A DNA stretch of 64,000 bases, from the IMG/VR virus record IMGVR_UViG_3300019360_000001. One strand, written 5' to 3'. The notes beneath the pieces were generated by a model. That model did no database searches, had not been told where the DNA came from, and saw only the letters and a program-made list of their open reading frames with translations. Positions 7,947 to 17,568 of the stretch are shown piece after piece. The number at the start of each line of letters is the position of its first letter. The first letter of the stretch is position 1. The stretch comes from a virus. Position numbers and translations under genes: made by a program.

Positions 7947-8782
7947 AACAATATTTAGAGTTACTTTCTGATATAATGGAAAATGGAACAACAAAAAAAA
8001 CAAGAGCCGGAAATACTCTATCTATTTTTAATAAAAACTTGTCTCATAATATGTGCGATGGCTTTCCATTGTTAACTAGCAAAAAGATAGACTTTAAAAA
8101 TATCGTTATAGAAATGCTTTGGTTCCTTTCTGGGAATTCAAGTCCTAGTTTTCTGCATAAGCATAACATTCATTTTTGGGATGGATGGATTGAAAAAGAT
8201 GGAATGCTTCCAATATCTTATGGAGAAAATTGGCGTGCTTACCCTGATGGTGATTATAGTAATTTTGATCAATTTAAAGCAATTGTAGATGGCCTGAAAA
8301 AAGATAAGGATAATCGTAGATTAGTTATAGATAGATGGCATGCACCGACAGCATGGAAAGAAAAATTGCCACCATGTTTTTTTGCCTCTATTTTTAATGT
8401 ACAGTACAACAAAAATGGCGAACCGAATCTTTGTTTACATAATATAGGAAGGTCCGTAGATGCGCCAGTTGGGCTTCCTTACAATATTGCAGGATTTGCC
8501 CTTCTTCTTTGCCTTGTTTCTCATTTAACTAATATTCCTCCTGGCACAATAGCATTTTCTATGACAGATGCTCATATATATGAAAATCAAATAGATGGAG
8601 TTTCCGAACAAATAACAAGAATACCAGGAGTTTTACCAACACTTCTTATTAGTGATGATATTAAATCTATTGATGATGTGGATAATCTTATTAAAAATGG
8701 CACAACATTAGAAATAATGAATAAGTTTAAAATCATAGGATATAACCCACAATCATTTATTAAGCTCCCAGTTGCAGTTTAA
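7943..8782 (+). CDS. thyA: thymidylate synthase
   Basis: GFPLLT, EMLWFL, YG..WR, RRL, LPPC, RSVD..GLPYN, DAHIYENQ. Confidence 0.95.
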   Translation: MKQYLELLSDIMENGTTKKTRAGNTLSIFNKNLSHNMCDGFPLLTSKKIDFKNIVIEMLWFLSGNSSPSFLHKHNIHFWDGWIEKDGMLPISYGENWRAYPDGDYSNFDQFKAIVDGLKKDKDNRRLVIDRWHAPTAWKEKLPPCFFASIFNVQYNKNGEPNLCLHNIGRSVDAPVGLPYNIAGFALLLCLVSHLTNIPPGTIAFSMTDAHIYENQIDGVSEQITRIPGVLPTLLISDDIKSIDDVDNLIKNGTTLEIMNKFKIIGYNPQSFIKLPVAV

Positions 8783-8800
8783 CATAATAAAGGATAAAAT

Positions 8801-9432
8801 ATGATTTGGCCAACAGATTTTGAAAATAAGATTATTTGCGGTGATTGTTCTAGCATAATAAGAAGTATGCCAAATGAATCAGTTGATCTCATTTTTACAG
8901 ATCCTCCATATTTAAAAAGTTTTCTTAATACATATGATATTCTTGCCAATGATTGTGCTAGAATCATGAAAAGAGGAGCATCTTTAGTGACTATTGTTGG
9001 TCATTTTGCCTTACCATTGATAACAAAAAAGTTCTATGATGCAAACAAGTTAAAATATAGATGGACATTTTGTATGAATCAGTTTGATGGTTCTCATCCT
9101 AGAATGGCCATGGGCATTTAGGTTTTATGGAAGCCTATGCTTTGGTATGTTAAAGATGCATATCCTACTGGTAAAGGATTTTTAAAGGATGGTATAAAAA
9201 TATCAGGTAAAGCCGGTCAAAAAAAGTTAATCATAAATGGGAACAAGATTTGGATTGGTGTCTTTATTATATTAGCAAATTAACAAAAGAAAATGATTTA
9301 GTGTTAGATCCATTTATCGGTAGCGGCACTGTTGCTATTGCCTGTAAAAAACTCAATAGAAGATTTATTGGAATAGATGTTAATCAAGAATATATTGATA
9401 TTGCCAATAAAAGACTAAGTGAGGTTAAATAA
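8801..9432 (+). pseudogene. N6-A/N4-C DNA methyltransferase (beta class) broken by TAG and a -1 frameshift
   Basis: TDPPY in 5' part, DPFIGSGT in 3' part; TAG at 9119-9121, frame stays open, then shifts at CAA AAA AAG (about 9218-9226) into HKWEQ. Confidence 0.85.
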
Positions 9433-9433
9433 T

Positions 9434-9634
9434 ATGAAAAGGTTTATTAGTAAAGGCGAATGGTTTGATGAAGGAACCGAAGCAAAACTTATAGTTCAAT
9501 ATTTGTTTAAAGATGGTCCAAATAAAAATGCTCCACAAGATTGCGGCATTTTTGAAGGCATAAGGAACGGAAAGCTAGATGAAGAAGGTTGTGGCTTTGA
9601 TGAGTTTGATATAATAGAGGAGAACAATGATTAG
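9434..9634 (+). CDS. hypothetical acidic protein
   Basis: GAGG SD before ATG 9434. Confidence 0.7.
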   Translation: MKRFISKGEWFDEGTEAKLIVQYLFKDGPNKNAPQDCGIFEGIRNGKLDEEGCGFDEFDIIEENND

Positions 9635-10187
9635 AATAGTAGGCGCTATTTCGCTAGATAGATGTATAGGGTATTATCCAAACGGACTTCACAAAAAAGG
9701 CAGACTTCCTTGGGAACCAGAAGAAGCACAAGTAGATTTGGAACATTTCAAAGAAGTAACATCTGGGCCAAAATCTATAGTTATTATGGGCCGCAAAACG
9801 TTTGAATCTATAAACTTCATTACTCTTCCTGGTCGTTATAATATTGTGGTTTCACGAAAATCAATAAAAGAAGCTGAGAATTTACATTGGGAAGATTCGC
9901 TTGACGCAGCTATAAGTCATTGTCGTCGAAATTATCCATCAAAAGAAGGCTGGAATATTAATTTTATAGGAGGCACTCAAGTCTTTAGTGAAGGTATGCG
10001 TTTTGCCAATGAGATTATTTTGACTATTATTCCTATTAAATCATATGAAAGATATGATACTGATCAATTAGTTTATTTCCCAGATATTCCTAATAATTTT
10101 GTTAGAACAGAATGTAAAGCGCACTCTAATAACAACAGCTTATTATTAGTTAAATATCAAAGAAGGAAAGGCAAAAGTAAATGTTAA
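9627..10187 (+). CDS. folA: dihydrofolate reductase
   Basis: IG...LPW...DLEHFK, IMGRKTFES, LPGRYNIVVSR, IGG. Confidence 0.92.
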   Translation: MIRIVGAISLDRCIGYYPNGLHKKGRLPWEPEEAQVDLEHFKEVTSGPKSIVIMGRKTFESINFITLPGRYNIVVSRKSIKEAENLHWEDSLDAAISHCRRNYPSKEGWNINFIGGTQVFSEGMRFANEIILTIIPIKSYERYDTDQLVYFPDIPNNFVRTECKAHSNNNSLLLVKYQRRKGKSKC

Positions 10188-11191
10188 AAGTAAGTTTGAT
10201 TACAGGTGCTTCCGGAATGGATGGAAGTATATTATCCAAGCAATTATTAGACAAAGGGCACAAAGTAATTGCCATGCTAAGAAGAACATCATCGCCGACT
10301 AATTGGCGATGGCAAGAACTTGGAATAAATGGACATAGAAATTTACAAGTAGTTTTTGGAGATTTATCTGATCAATCTTCGATTGATAGAATAGTTGCCG
10401 AACATAAGCCAAACGAAATATATAATTTGGCAGCAAATAGTTTTGTCGGATCATCTTGGAATTTGGCAGAGTCTGTTTTAGATGTAACTGGAATTGGAGC
10501 ATTTAGAGTTTTTGAGGCTGCCAGGAAACACCGTAAAGAGGCACGAATATATTGTGCTTCGTCTTCAGAGCAGTTCGGAAATAACGAATCTCATGTTCTC
10601 AATGAAGAAAGTATAATGAGACCTGTTTCTCCTTATGGAGCCGCAAAACTTTTAGCTTATAATATGGCAAAAATATACAGAGAGTCTTATGGTATGTTTA
10701 TTAGCTGTGGAATATTGTTTAATCATTGTGGGCCATATCGTGGAGAAGAATTTGTTACAAGGAAAATTTCTAAATCAGTTGCATTAATAAAACACGGGTT
10801 ATTAGACCACATATCCTTGGGCAATATAAACACTGTAAGAGATGAGGGAAGCGCAGAAGAATATACACAGGCCATGTATTTGATATTACAAAATCCTTAT
10901 CCAGATGACTTTGTAATAGCAACGGGCAATTCTTTATCTGTTTTTGATTTTGCAACTTATGCATTTGAGGTAATTGATATTAATATTACGATGGGAAATA
11001 TTGATAAATATATAACAATAGACAAAAATCTTTTGAGACCAAAGGAATTACACTTTTTATGTGGAGATGCTTCAAAAGCAAGAGCAATTCTTAATTGGAA
11101 GCCTAAAAAAAGCGTTAAAGATATCGTTAAAGAAATGGTTGAGCATGACTTAGAAAGGGTAAAAAATGGTATGGAAAAACATGGAAATTAA
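10181..11191 (+). CDS. gmd: GDP-mannose 4,6-dehydratase
   Basis: LITGASGMDGS, EIYNLAANSFV, ASSSE, PVSPYGAAK, GILFNH, RGEEFVTRKI, LRPKE. Confidence 0.92.
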   Translation: MLKVSLITGASGMDGSILSKQLLDKGHKVIAMLRRTSSPTNWRWQELGINGHRNLQVVFGDLSDQSSIDRIVAEHKPNEIYNLAANSFVGSSWNLAESVLDVTGIGAFRVFEAARKHRKEARIYCASSSEQFGNNESHVLNEESIMRPVSPYGAAKLLAYNMAKIYRESYGMFISCGILFNHCGPYRGEEFVTRKISKSVALIKHGLLDHISLGNINTVRDEGSAEEYTQAMYLILQNPYPDDFVIATGNSLSVFDFATYAFEVIDINITMGNIDKYITIDKNLLRPKELHFLCGDASKARAILNWKPKKSVKDIVKEMVEHDLERVKNGMEKHGN

Positions 11192-12026
11192 TAAGATATA
11201 TAACGAGGATTGTTTGGCGACTCTTAATAGAATGCCAGAAAACTATGTAGACTTTGTTGTTACTAGTCCTCCTTATGGTGGTGGGCTTAAAGCAGATGAA
11301 AAAACAAAAGAAACATGGAGAACTTACAAAGGTTTTAGTTGGGATTTTGAAAAAATAGCCAAGGAACTTTATAGAGTTTTAAAACTAGGACGACATCTCA
11401 CTTGGGTTGTGGCAGATGTTACCAAGAATTTTTCTGAATCTCTAGATTCTTTTAAGCAAGCAATTTATTTTGTTGAACAGTGTGGATTTAAACTTTTAGA
11501 CACTATGATATATGAAAGATCAGGCGGACCTCCTCAATATCCGGGGCTTTTAAGATATCCTCATAGGTTTGAGTATATTTTTGTTTTATCAAAGGGAAAG
11601 CCTTCTATTTATAATCCAATTAAAGATGTTAAAAATAAATATGCTGGCACAATGAATAAAAGCAGTACACAACGTCAAAAAGATGGAACAACTAAATTTT
11701 CCGGTGATTATTTGGTAAAAGAAATGAGTATAAGAGGAAATGTTTGGAGATATAATACGGGATATAATGTAGATACGCAAGACAAATTAGCTTTTAAACA
11801 TCCTGCCAGATTTCCTGAAAAATTGGTTAACGATTTAATTGTTTCGTTCAGCAATAAAGATGATTTAGTTTACGATCCTTTTGGCGGAAGTGGAACAAGT
11901 GCTTTGATGGCAAAAATACTAGAAAGAAATTTTATTACATCTGAAATATCTAAAGAGTATTGTGAAGAAATAATACAAAAAAGATTTTCTGAAAGACTAA
12001 AATTAAATATAGGCATAATAAAATGA
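11181..12026 (+). CDS. N4-C/N6-A DNA methyltransferase (beta class)
   Basis: VTSPPY, HPARFP, DPFGGSGT. Confidence 0.92.
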   Translation: MEINKIYNEDCLATLNRMPENYVDFVVTSPPYGGGLKADEKTKETWRTYKGFSWDFEKIAKELYRVLKLGRHLTWVVADVTKNFSESLDSFKQAIYFVEQCGFKLLDTMIYERSGGPPQYPGLLRYPHRFEYIFVLSKGKPSIYNPIKDVKNKYAGTMNKSSTQRQKDGTTKFSGDYLVKEMSIRGNVWRYNTGYNVDTQDKLAFKHPARFPEKLVNDLIVSFSNKDDLVYDPFGGSGTSALMAKILERNFITSEISKEYCEEIIQKRFSERLKLNIGIIK

Positions 12027-12490
12027 GAGAAATAATAGGAGATTTGTTTAGCCAAGAATGCGATGCTATCTGTATTACAACAAGTGGGATTGTAAATCGT
12101 CATGGACAATTAATAATGGGAGCAGGATGTGCTTTAGAAGCAAAAAATAGATGGCCAAAATTACCATTTACTTTTGGCGAATTATTAGCTTTAAATGGAA
12201 ATATTCCTGTTATAATTAAAAAAGAATTTTTATTTGAAAGCAGTGATTCTATTCGGCCGTATGATATTATTAGTTTTCCAACAAAAAACCATTGGCTAGA
12301 TAAATCAGGCTTAGATCTTATTGTAAAATCTTGTGCTGGACTAATGAATATTGTAGCATTTCATGGGATTAAGAAAGTTGTATTACCAAGACCAGGTTGT
12401 GGTTGTGGAGGATTAGATTGGCAAAAGGTTAAAAATCTGATTAGCCCAATACTTGATGATAGGATATACATAATTAGTAATGGAAAATGA
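12023..12490 (+). CDS. macrodomain (ADP-ribose processing) protein
   Basis: GDLF, MGAGCA, FPTKNHW, LPRPGCGCGGLDW. Confidence 0.85.
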   Translation: MREIIGDLFSQECDAICITTSGIVNRHGQLIMGAGCALEAKNRWPKLPFTFGELLALNGNIPVIIKKEFLFESSDSIRPYDIISFPTKNHWLDKSGLDLIVKSCAGLMNIVAFHGIKKVVLPRPGCGCGGLDWQKVKNLISPILDDRIYIISNGK

Positions 12491-12899
12491 CGAAATAATA
12501 GATAGGATAATTGATAATGCGTTTAGGCTGGCAAAACTATCGGTTTATATTGTGTTCGTTTGCAAATATCGCAAGTTCATTTTGAATGGACAGATTGATG
12601 ATGATATTAAGCAATTCTGTATGGATGTCTGTAAGAAGAATGATGTCACCATTGATATGATGAATACAGACAAAGACCATATTCATTTGCTTGTAGATGT
12701 TCCTCCTACTCTATCTACTACCTCATTGGTTCAGTATCTCAAACAAGAGACAACTTGGAATATCTGGAGAACTCATTCAAATGAGTTGAAGCAACACTTC
12801 TGGAAACGTAATGTGTTTTGGAGTGATGGATACTTCGTATGTTCTACTGGTGATGTATCTACACAAACCATTTTGGAATATATCAAATCTCAAGGATAA
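12480..12899 (+). CDS. tnpA: IS200-family Y1 transposase, fused in frame to 23 aa of the disrupted phage gene
   Basis: IVFVCKYR, DHIHLL (HUH), FWSDGYF, YIKSQ catalytic Tyr. Confidence 0.9.
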   Translation: MENDEIIDRIIDNAFRLAKLSVYIVFVCKYRKFILNGQIDDDIKQFCMDVCKKNDVTIDMMNTDKDHIHLLVDVPPTLSTTSLVQYLKQETTWNIWRTHSNELKQHFWKRNVFWSDGYFVCSTGDVSTQTILEYIKSQG

Positions 12900-14116
12900 G
12901 ATGAAACAGGAATATACATACCGAATGAGATTGTATCCAAATAAGGAGCAAGAAACATTGCTCGCTAAACATTTTGGAAGTATCCGTTATGTCTATAATA
13001 TGTTTCTTGATCGAAAGACGAAGTTCTATTTGGAAGCGAAGGAAAAGCAACTTGCCAAGAAAACTTTGACCTATGTGGATATGGCAAAGGAACTGACACA
13101 GATTAAATCCAAAGAGGAAACTGAATGGTTAAATGAGTGCAATGCTCAATCACTACAACATGCCATTAAACATTTGGATGTAGCATACAATAGGTTCTTC
13201 AAGAAACTCGCCAAGTTTCCACGATTTAAGTCCAAGAAAAACAAACAATCCTTTCGTATTCCCCAATTCATAAAGGTTGAACTTGGACGCATATATTTTC
13301 CTAAGTTTAAGGAAGGAATCCGAATGGATGACCATAGAGGCATCGTAGGTGAGATTAACTATGCTACCATAACCAAGAACAAAGCAGGACAATACTATGC
13401 TTGTATTGGAGTGACCAGAGAAATTTATCCTAAAATGAAGACCAATAAAACTATTGGAATTGATTTAGGAATTAAGTCGTTGGTTGTCTGTTCCGATGGA
13501 CAGACATTTCCTAATATAAAAACAACAAAAAAGTATGAGAAACTATTAAAAATAAGACAACAAGAATTAAGTAGAACCAAGAAAGGTTCCAACGGTAGAG
13601 ACAAAGCAAGATTGAAGATTGGTAAAATCCAAGTAAAGATTGCCAACATTCGTCATAATCACCTTCACCAAATTACATCCAAATTGATTAACGAAAACCA
13701 AGTAATCTGTATGGAAGATTTGTCCGTGAAAAATATGATGTCTAATCATTGCCTTGCCAAATCCATTGGAGATGCTTCTTGGGGAGAACTTGTGAGACAA
13801 TTAACCTATAAAGCAGGTTGGTATGGAAAAAAACTCATTAAAATTGACAGGTTCTTTCTATCCAGTAAAACCTGTTCTCATTGTGGATACATTAACGAAG
13901 GTCTAACATTAGACCAAAGAGAATGGGATTGTCCACGATGCCAAAAGAAATTGGATAGAGATTTTAACGCCTCACAAAATATCCTTCGACAAGGATTGAA
14001 TTTAACGGTCGGAACGACCGGGTTAGCTGCTTGTCCTAATGTAAGACCTATCATTAGAAATAATGGGCAGTCGGTTGGAGCAGAAACCCACCTGCTTTAG
14101 CGGGTGGGTAGTTCAT
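12549..14116 (+). mobile_element. IS200/IS605 element (tnpA-tnpB), left end missing
   Basis: Starts 3' of TTTAT (12544-12548); right-end hairpin CCCACCTGC-TTTA-GCGGGTGGG then TAGTTCAT; removal restores a 58-aa ORF. Confidence 0.85.
12901..14100 (+). CDS. tnpB: RNA-guided endonuclease TnpB
   Basis: YRMRLYP, RuvC GIDLG / MEDL / DRDFNA, Zn finger CSHC-CPRC. Confidence 0.95.
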   Translation: MKQEYTYRMRLYPNKEQETLLAKHFGSIRYVYNMFLDRKTKFYLEAKEKQLAKKTLTYVDMAKELTQIKSKEETEWLNECNAQSLQHAIKHLDVAYNRFFKKLAKFPRFKSKKNKQSFRIPQFIKVELGRIYFPKFKEGIRMDDHRGIVGEINYATITKNKAGQYYACIGVTREIYPKMKTNKTIGIDLGIKSLVVCSDGQTFPNIKTTKKYEKLLKIRQQELSRTKKGSNGRDKARLKIGKIQVKIANIRHNHLHQITSKLINENQVICMEDLSVKNMMSNHCLAKSIGDASWGELVRQLTYKAGWYGKKLIKIDRFFLSSKTCSHCGYINEGLTLDQREWDCPRCQKKLDRDFNASQNILRQGLNLTVGTTGLAACPNVRPIIRNNGQSVGAETHLL

Positions 14117-14224
14117 GATAAATTGTCAAGAGGAATACCGATGGAATTTGAACAAGAACAAATGGCACAAAAATACAAAAGTTTGTTAGAGTATCAGCAA
14201 AAGCTAATAGCAAAGTTAAGGTAA
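14117..14224 (+). pseudogene. 3' half of the phage gene interrupted by the IS
   Basis: In frame with 12480-12548 once the IS is removed (…KLSVY|DKLSRG…KLR*). Confidence 0.7.
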
Positions 14225-14244
14225 TTTTTTATAAGGAGGTTTGT

Positions 14245-14538
14245 ATGGACGTTCGTTCTAGTAGTACGTTTACTTGGGATGCTGTTGCTGGGGCAGTAGA
14301 TTACCAAGTTGAACTTTCCCAGCTTAGTGGTGTAGTTGACAAAGTTGCAACAGTAACAAGTACTAGTATTATAGCTGGAGATTTGTTTACTGGTGTTACG
14401 GGTCTTGGCGTAGGATCTCAGCGTAGAGTTCGAGTGCGTGCAAGGGATGTTCTTAATGTTCCTGGTGATTGGTCAACTTTTTTGACGGTGACAATTGTGG
14501 GTTTACCAGCTCCAACTAATCTAAACGTAATTTTTTAA
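14245..14538 (+). CDS. stand-alone fibronectin type III / Ig-like protein
   Basis: FTWDAVAGAVDYQVE, VRVRARD, GDWS, PAPTNL; AAGGAGG SD. Confidence 0.75.
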   Translation: MDVRSSSTFTWDAVAGAVDYQVELSQLSGVVDKVATVTSTSIIAGDLFTGVTGLGVGSQRRVRVRARDVLNVPGDWSTFLTVTIVGLPAPTNLNVIF

Positions 14539-14550
14539 TCTAAAAGAGGA

Positions 14551-14589
14551 AGGAAGGCTTATTAAACTAGGCCTTCCTTCTTATTTTTT
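14551..14589 (+). terminator. intrinsic terminator
   Basis: AGGAAGGC...GCCTTCCT stem followed by a T-rich run. Confidence 0.6.
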
Positions 14590-14649
14590 AATACGTAGCT
14601 TAAAGATAAAGAACATAAGAACGATGATTAGAATTATGAGGGATATTTT

Positions 14650-17157
14650 ATGATAATGGAATACCTTAAAACCCCATTGCATAAATATACATTTTCTATT
14701 AGACCAATAAGAGAATGGGTAGAGAAAAATTCCAAAGGAAAGGTTCTTAATTTATTTGCAGGAAAAACCAAACTTAACTTAGATGAGTTTAGAGTTGATT
14801 GTAATAAAGATATGTTAGCAGATGTATATATGGATGCATTTGAATTTGTTACACAATGCAAAGATAAATTTGATACTATTTTATTAGACCCGCCATATTG
14901 TTATGATGATCAAACCGAGGTTCTTACGGATTCTGGTTTTAAATTTTTTAAAGATCTAGAAAAAACAGACAAAGTTGCTACTCTTAATAAAGATACCGGC
15001 ATAGTAGAATATTATTGTCCTACAGATTTTTATATTAATAAATATAATGGAGAAATGATAAAAATAAAATCAGGAAGCATTGATTTATTAGTAACTCCAA
15101 ATCATAATCTTTATATTTCAAGAATACATTCTGATAAATTTTATTTTATAGAAGCAAAAGATCTAAATTATGGTTGTGAATTTAAGGCTGAATTTAATTG
15201 GATAGCAGAAGATAAAGAGTTCTTCTGTTTGCCGGAAGTAAAATTTGATCGACATAATAGATACGGAGAAAAATTTAAAAAAATAAGAAAAATACCTATG
15301 GACATTTGGCTTAGATTTTTAGGCATATATTTATCAGAAGGGTCTGTAGACCAATACGGAACACATTATAGAATAAGAATATCCCAAAAGAAAGAGGAAA
15401 ATAGAAAAATAATAAAGAAGTGGCTTGATGAACTTGGTTTTCATTTTATTGTAGAAAAAAATGATTTTATAATATACGACAAACAGCTTTGTGTTTATTT
15501 GCGCCAGCTTGGTAAAGTTTTTGACAAATTTATTCCTTATGAAATTAAACAATTGTCAAATAGACAATTAAACATCTTATTAGATGCTCTTATATTAGGA
15601 GATGGCCATCGTTCTTCTAAGCCAAGATATAATGCTAAATATAATAAAACATATATAGATAAACATTTGAATTATTGTAGCCACTCCAAGAGACTAATAA
15701 ATGATGTTAATGAGATAGCTTTAAAGGCGGGATATGTATGCAGTATTTTTGCTAGAAAAGATGGAGGATATAGTGTTAATCTTGGACACCATAGAAAAAC
15801 CCCGATGATCATTAGGTCTAAAATAGAAAAATATATTAATAAAGTGCAATACAATGGCAATATTTATTGTATAACAGTTCCTAATAATGTTATTTATGTT
15901 AGAAGAAATAAAAATATGTGCTGGTGTGGTAATTCAGAACGAAAAAGCATGGAAATGTACAACGGTAAAAAAGTTTCTAAATTTAATAAAATAAAGGATT
16001 TTTTGCCTAACTTATTAAATGACAATGGTATTATTATTACTTTCGGATATCATTGTTTAGATGAAAAAACTCAATGTTTAACCGAAAATGGATGGAAATA
16101 TTATTATGAATTAGATAAAAACGATAAAATCGCTACGTTTAATAGAGAAAATGAAAAAATAGAATACAGCAAAATAAAAGATATGTTTTTATATAATCAT
16201 GACGGATTATTAAAACGCATATCAGATCGACATATAGACCAGTTAATAACTTTAAACCATAAGGTTGCTTTAAAATATAAACATCAAAATAATAATAAAA
16301 AGGGGGAAAATGTTACATGGAAAGACAAAACATGGCAATTAATAAAGGCTAATTCTATTACTCCGCATTCTGGAATTTATATTCCCGTTGCCGGAATTTA
16401 TAATGGGAATAAAAAAATAGGGCTAGAAATGGCAGAATTACTAGGATGGATTATATCTGAAGGTCATATGTTGGAACATGGGTCAGTTTTTATTCATCAG
16501 TCAATTAAAAATAAAAAAAATGTAGATAGAATAAGAAAATTACTTGTAAAATGTAAACTGTTTTTTACTGAAAAAATATATAAAGGTAATCCATATCTAG
16601 TTAATTTTTACATATCAAAGAGACAAAATAAAAAGTTTTATAATTTACTTGGTCATTATATAATTTCACCTAAAAAACCTAAATGGAATCTTCTTCATTT
16701 AAGAAATAATGAGCTAAAAGCGTTATTTGATGGTCTAGTAATGGGAGATGGAAGTAGGTATACAAATAAAAGCTGTATTTTTTATCAAAAGTCCAATTAT
16801 TGCAGAGAATGGTTTCAAGTATTATCTTGTCATTTAGGATATAGAACTGTTAATAATATGAAAAATAAAACAGTAAACGTGAAATTTAGCAACGAAAAAT
16901 ACATATCTAATTTAAAGTTTAGAAATAATTTTAAAAATGTTTTATATAAAGGAAAAATTTGGTGCATTAATATTAAAAATAATTGTTTTGTTATACGAAG
17001 AAATAATAAGGTTTCAATTACTGGAAATTCTGTGTCGATGGGCCAAAAAAGAGGATTTAAACAAGATAAAATTTTATTAATGAGTCATAGTGGTGGTATT
17101 CACGATACCATAGCTGTTATAGAGCGCAAAATAAATGAAAACAATACAATTAAATAG
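14650..17157 (+). CDS. minimal adenine methyltransferase (about 165 aa spliced) with two inteins
   Basis: LNLFAG (motif I), DPPY (motif IV); two C...GN/S intein blocks. Confidence 0.85.
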   Translation: MIMEYLKTPLHKYTFSIRPIREWVEKNSKGKVLNLFAGKTKLNLDEFRVDCNKDMLADVYMDAFEFVTQCKDKFDTILLDPPYCYDDQTEVLTDSGFKFFKDLEKTDKVATLNKDTGIVEYYCPTDFYINKYNGEMIKIKSGSIDLLVTPNHNLYISRIHSDKFYFIEAKDLNYGCEFKAEFNWIAEDKEFFCLPEVKFDRHNRYGEKFKKIRKIPMDIWLRFLGIYLSEGSVDQYGTHYRIRISQKKEENRKIIKKWLDELGFHFIVEKNDFIIYDKQLCVYLRQLGKVFDKFIPYEIKQLSNRQLNILLDALILGDGHRSSKPRYNAKYNKTYIDKHLNYCSHSKRLINDVNEIALKAGYVCSIFARKDGGYSVNLGHHRKTPMIIRSKIEKYINKVQYNGNIYCITVPNNVIYVRRNKNMCWCGNSERKSMEMYNGKKVSKFNKIKDFLPNLLNDNGIIITFGYHCLDEKTQCLTENGWKYYYELDKNDKIATFNRENEKIEYSKIKDMFLYNHDGLLKRISDRHIDQLITLNHKVALKYKHQNNNKKGENVTWKDKTWQLIKANSITPHSGIYIPVAGIYNGNKKIGLEMAELLGWIISEGHMLEHGSVFIHQSIKNKKNVDRIRKLLVKCKLFFTEKIYKGNPYLVNFYISKRQNKKFYNLLGHYIISPKKPKWNLLHLRNNELKALFDGLVMGDGSRYTNKSCIFYQKSNYCREWFQVLSCHLGYRTVNNMKNKTVNVKFSNEKYISNLKFRNNFKNVLYKGKIWCINIKNNCFVIRRNNKVSITGNSVSMGQKRGFKQDKILLMSHSGGIHDTIAVIERKINENNTIK
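14899..15933 (+). mobile_element. intein 1 in MTase (345 aa, LAGLIDADG)
   Basis: DPPY|CYDDQTEVLT...VTPNH...LGIYLSEG...LILGDG...WCGN|S. Confidence 0.92.
16054..17028 (+). mobile_element. intein 2 in MTase (325 aa, LAGLIDADG)
   Basis: GYH|CLDEKTQCLT...ITLNH...LGWIISEG...LVMGDG...ITGN|S. Confidence 0.92.
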
Positions 17158-17548
17158 ACAACAAGTCACAATGGTCGATGATGAGGATTTTAGTGAGCTT
17201 AATAAATATAAGTGGACTGCTCATTGGTCTAAAAGTAATAAGTCTTACTATGTAGAGCGACATGTTTCTACTTCTTCTGGTGGACGAACTACCGAACAGA
17301 TGAGTAGAAAAATTATGGGCCTTAAACATGGTAATAAAATGCAAGTTGATCACATAAATCATGATACTCTCGATAATAGGAAAGAAAATTTACGCATAGT
17401 TACTAATAGGGAAAATTGCCAGAATAAAAGATATAAATCAAAATATGGTATAGGAATATATTATGATTATAGAAATAAAAAGAATCCATATCAAGTACAA
17501 GTTATGATAAATGGAAAATTAAAATCAATTAAAGACAACAATGAATAA
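17135..17548 (+). CDS. HNH homing endonuclease (C-terminal AP2-like part truncated)
   Basis: VDDEDF, VDHINHDTLDNRKENLR. Confidence 0.88.
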   Translation: MKTIQLNRQQVTMVDDEDFSELNKYKWTAHWSKSNKSYYVERHVSTSSGGRTTEQMSRKIMGLKHGNKMQVDHINHDTLDNRKENLRIVTNRENCQNKRYKSKYGIGIYYDYRNKKNPYQVQVMINGKLKSIKDNNE

Positions 17549-17568
17549 ATATTATTTAATATTATACA

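Noticed and set aside
9119-9121. Genome-wide TAG reassignment
   Set aside because: Long genes are intact under code 11, and TAG ends genes cleanly at 44610 and 51518 just before the next SD; only this gene is interrupted.
12811-12900. Extended TnpB start at 12811
   Set aside because: It overlaps tnpA; ATG 12901 has an AAGGA SD and a typical TnpB N-terminus.
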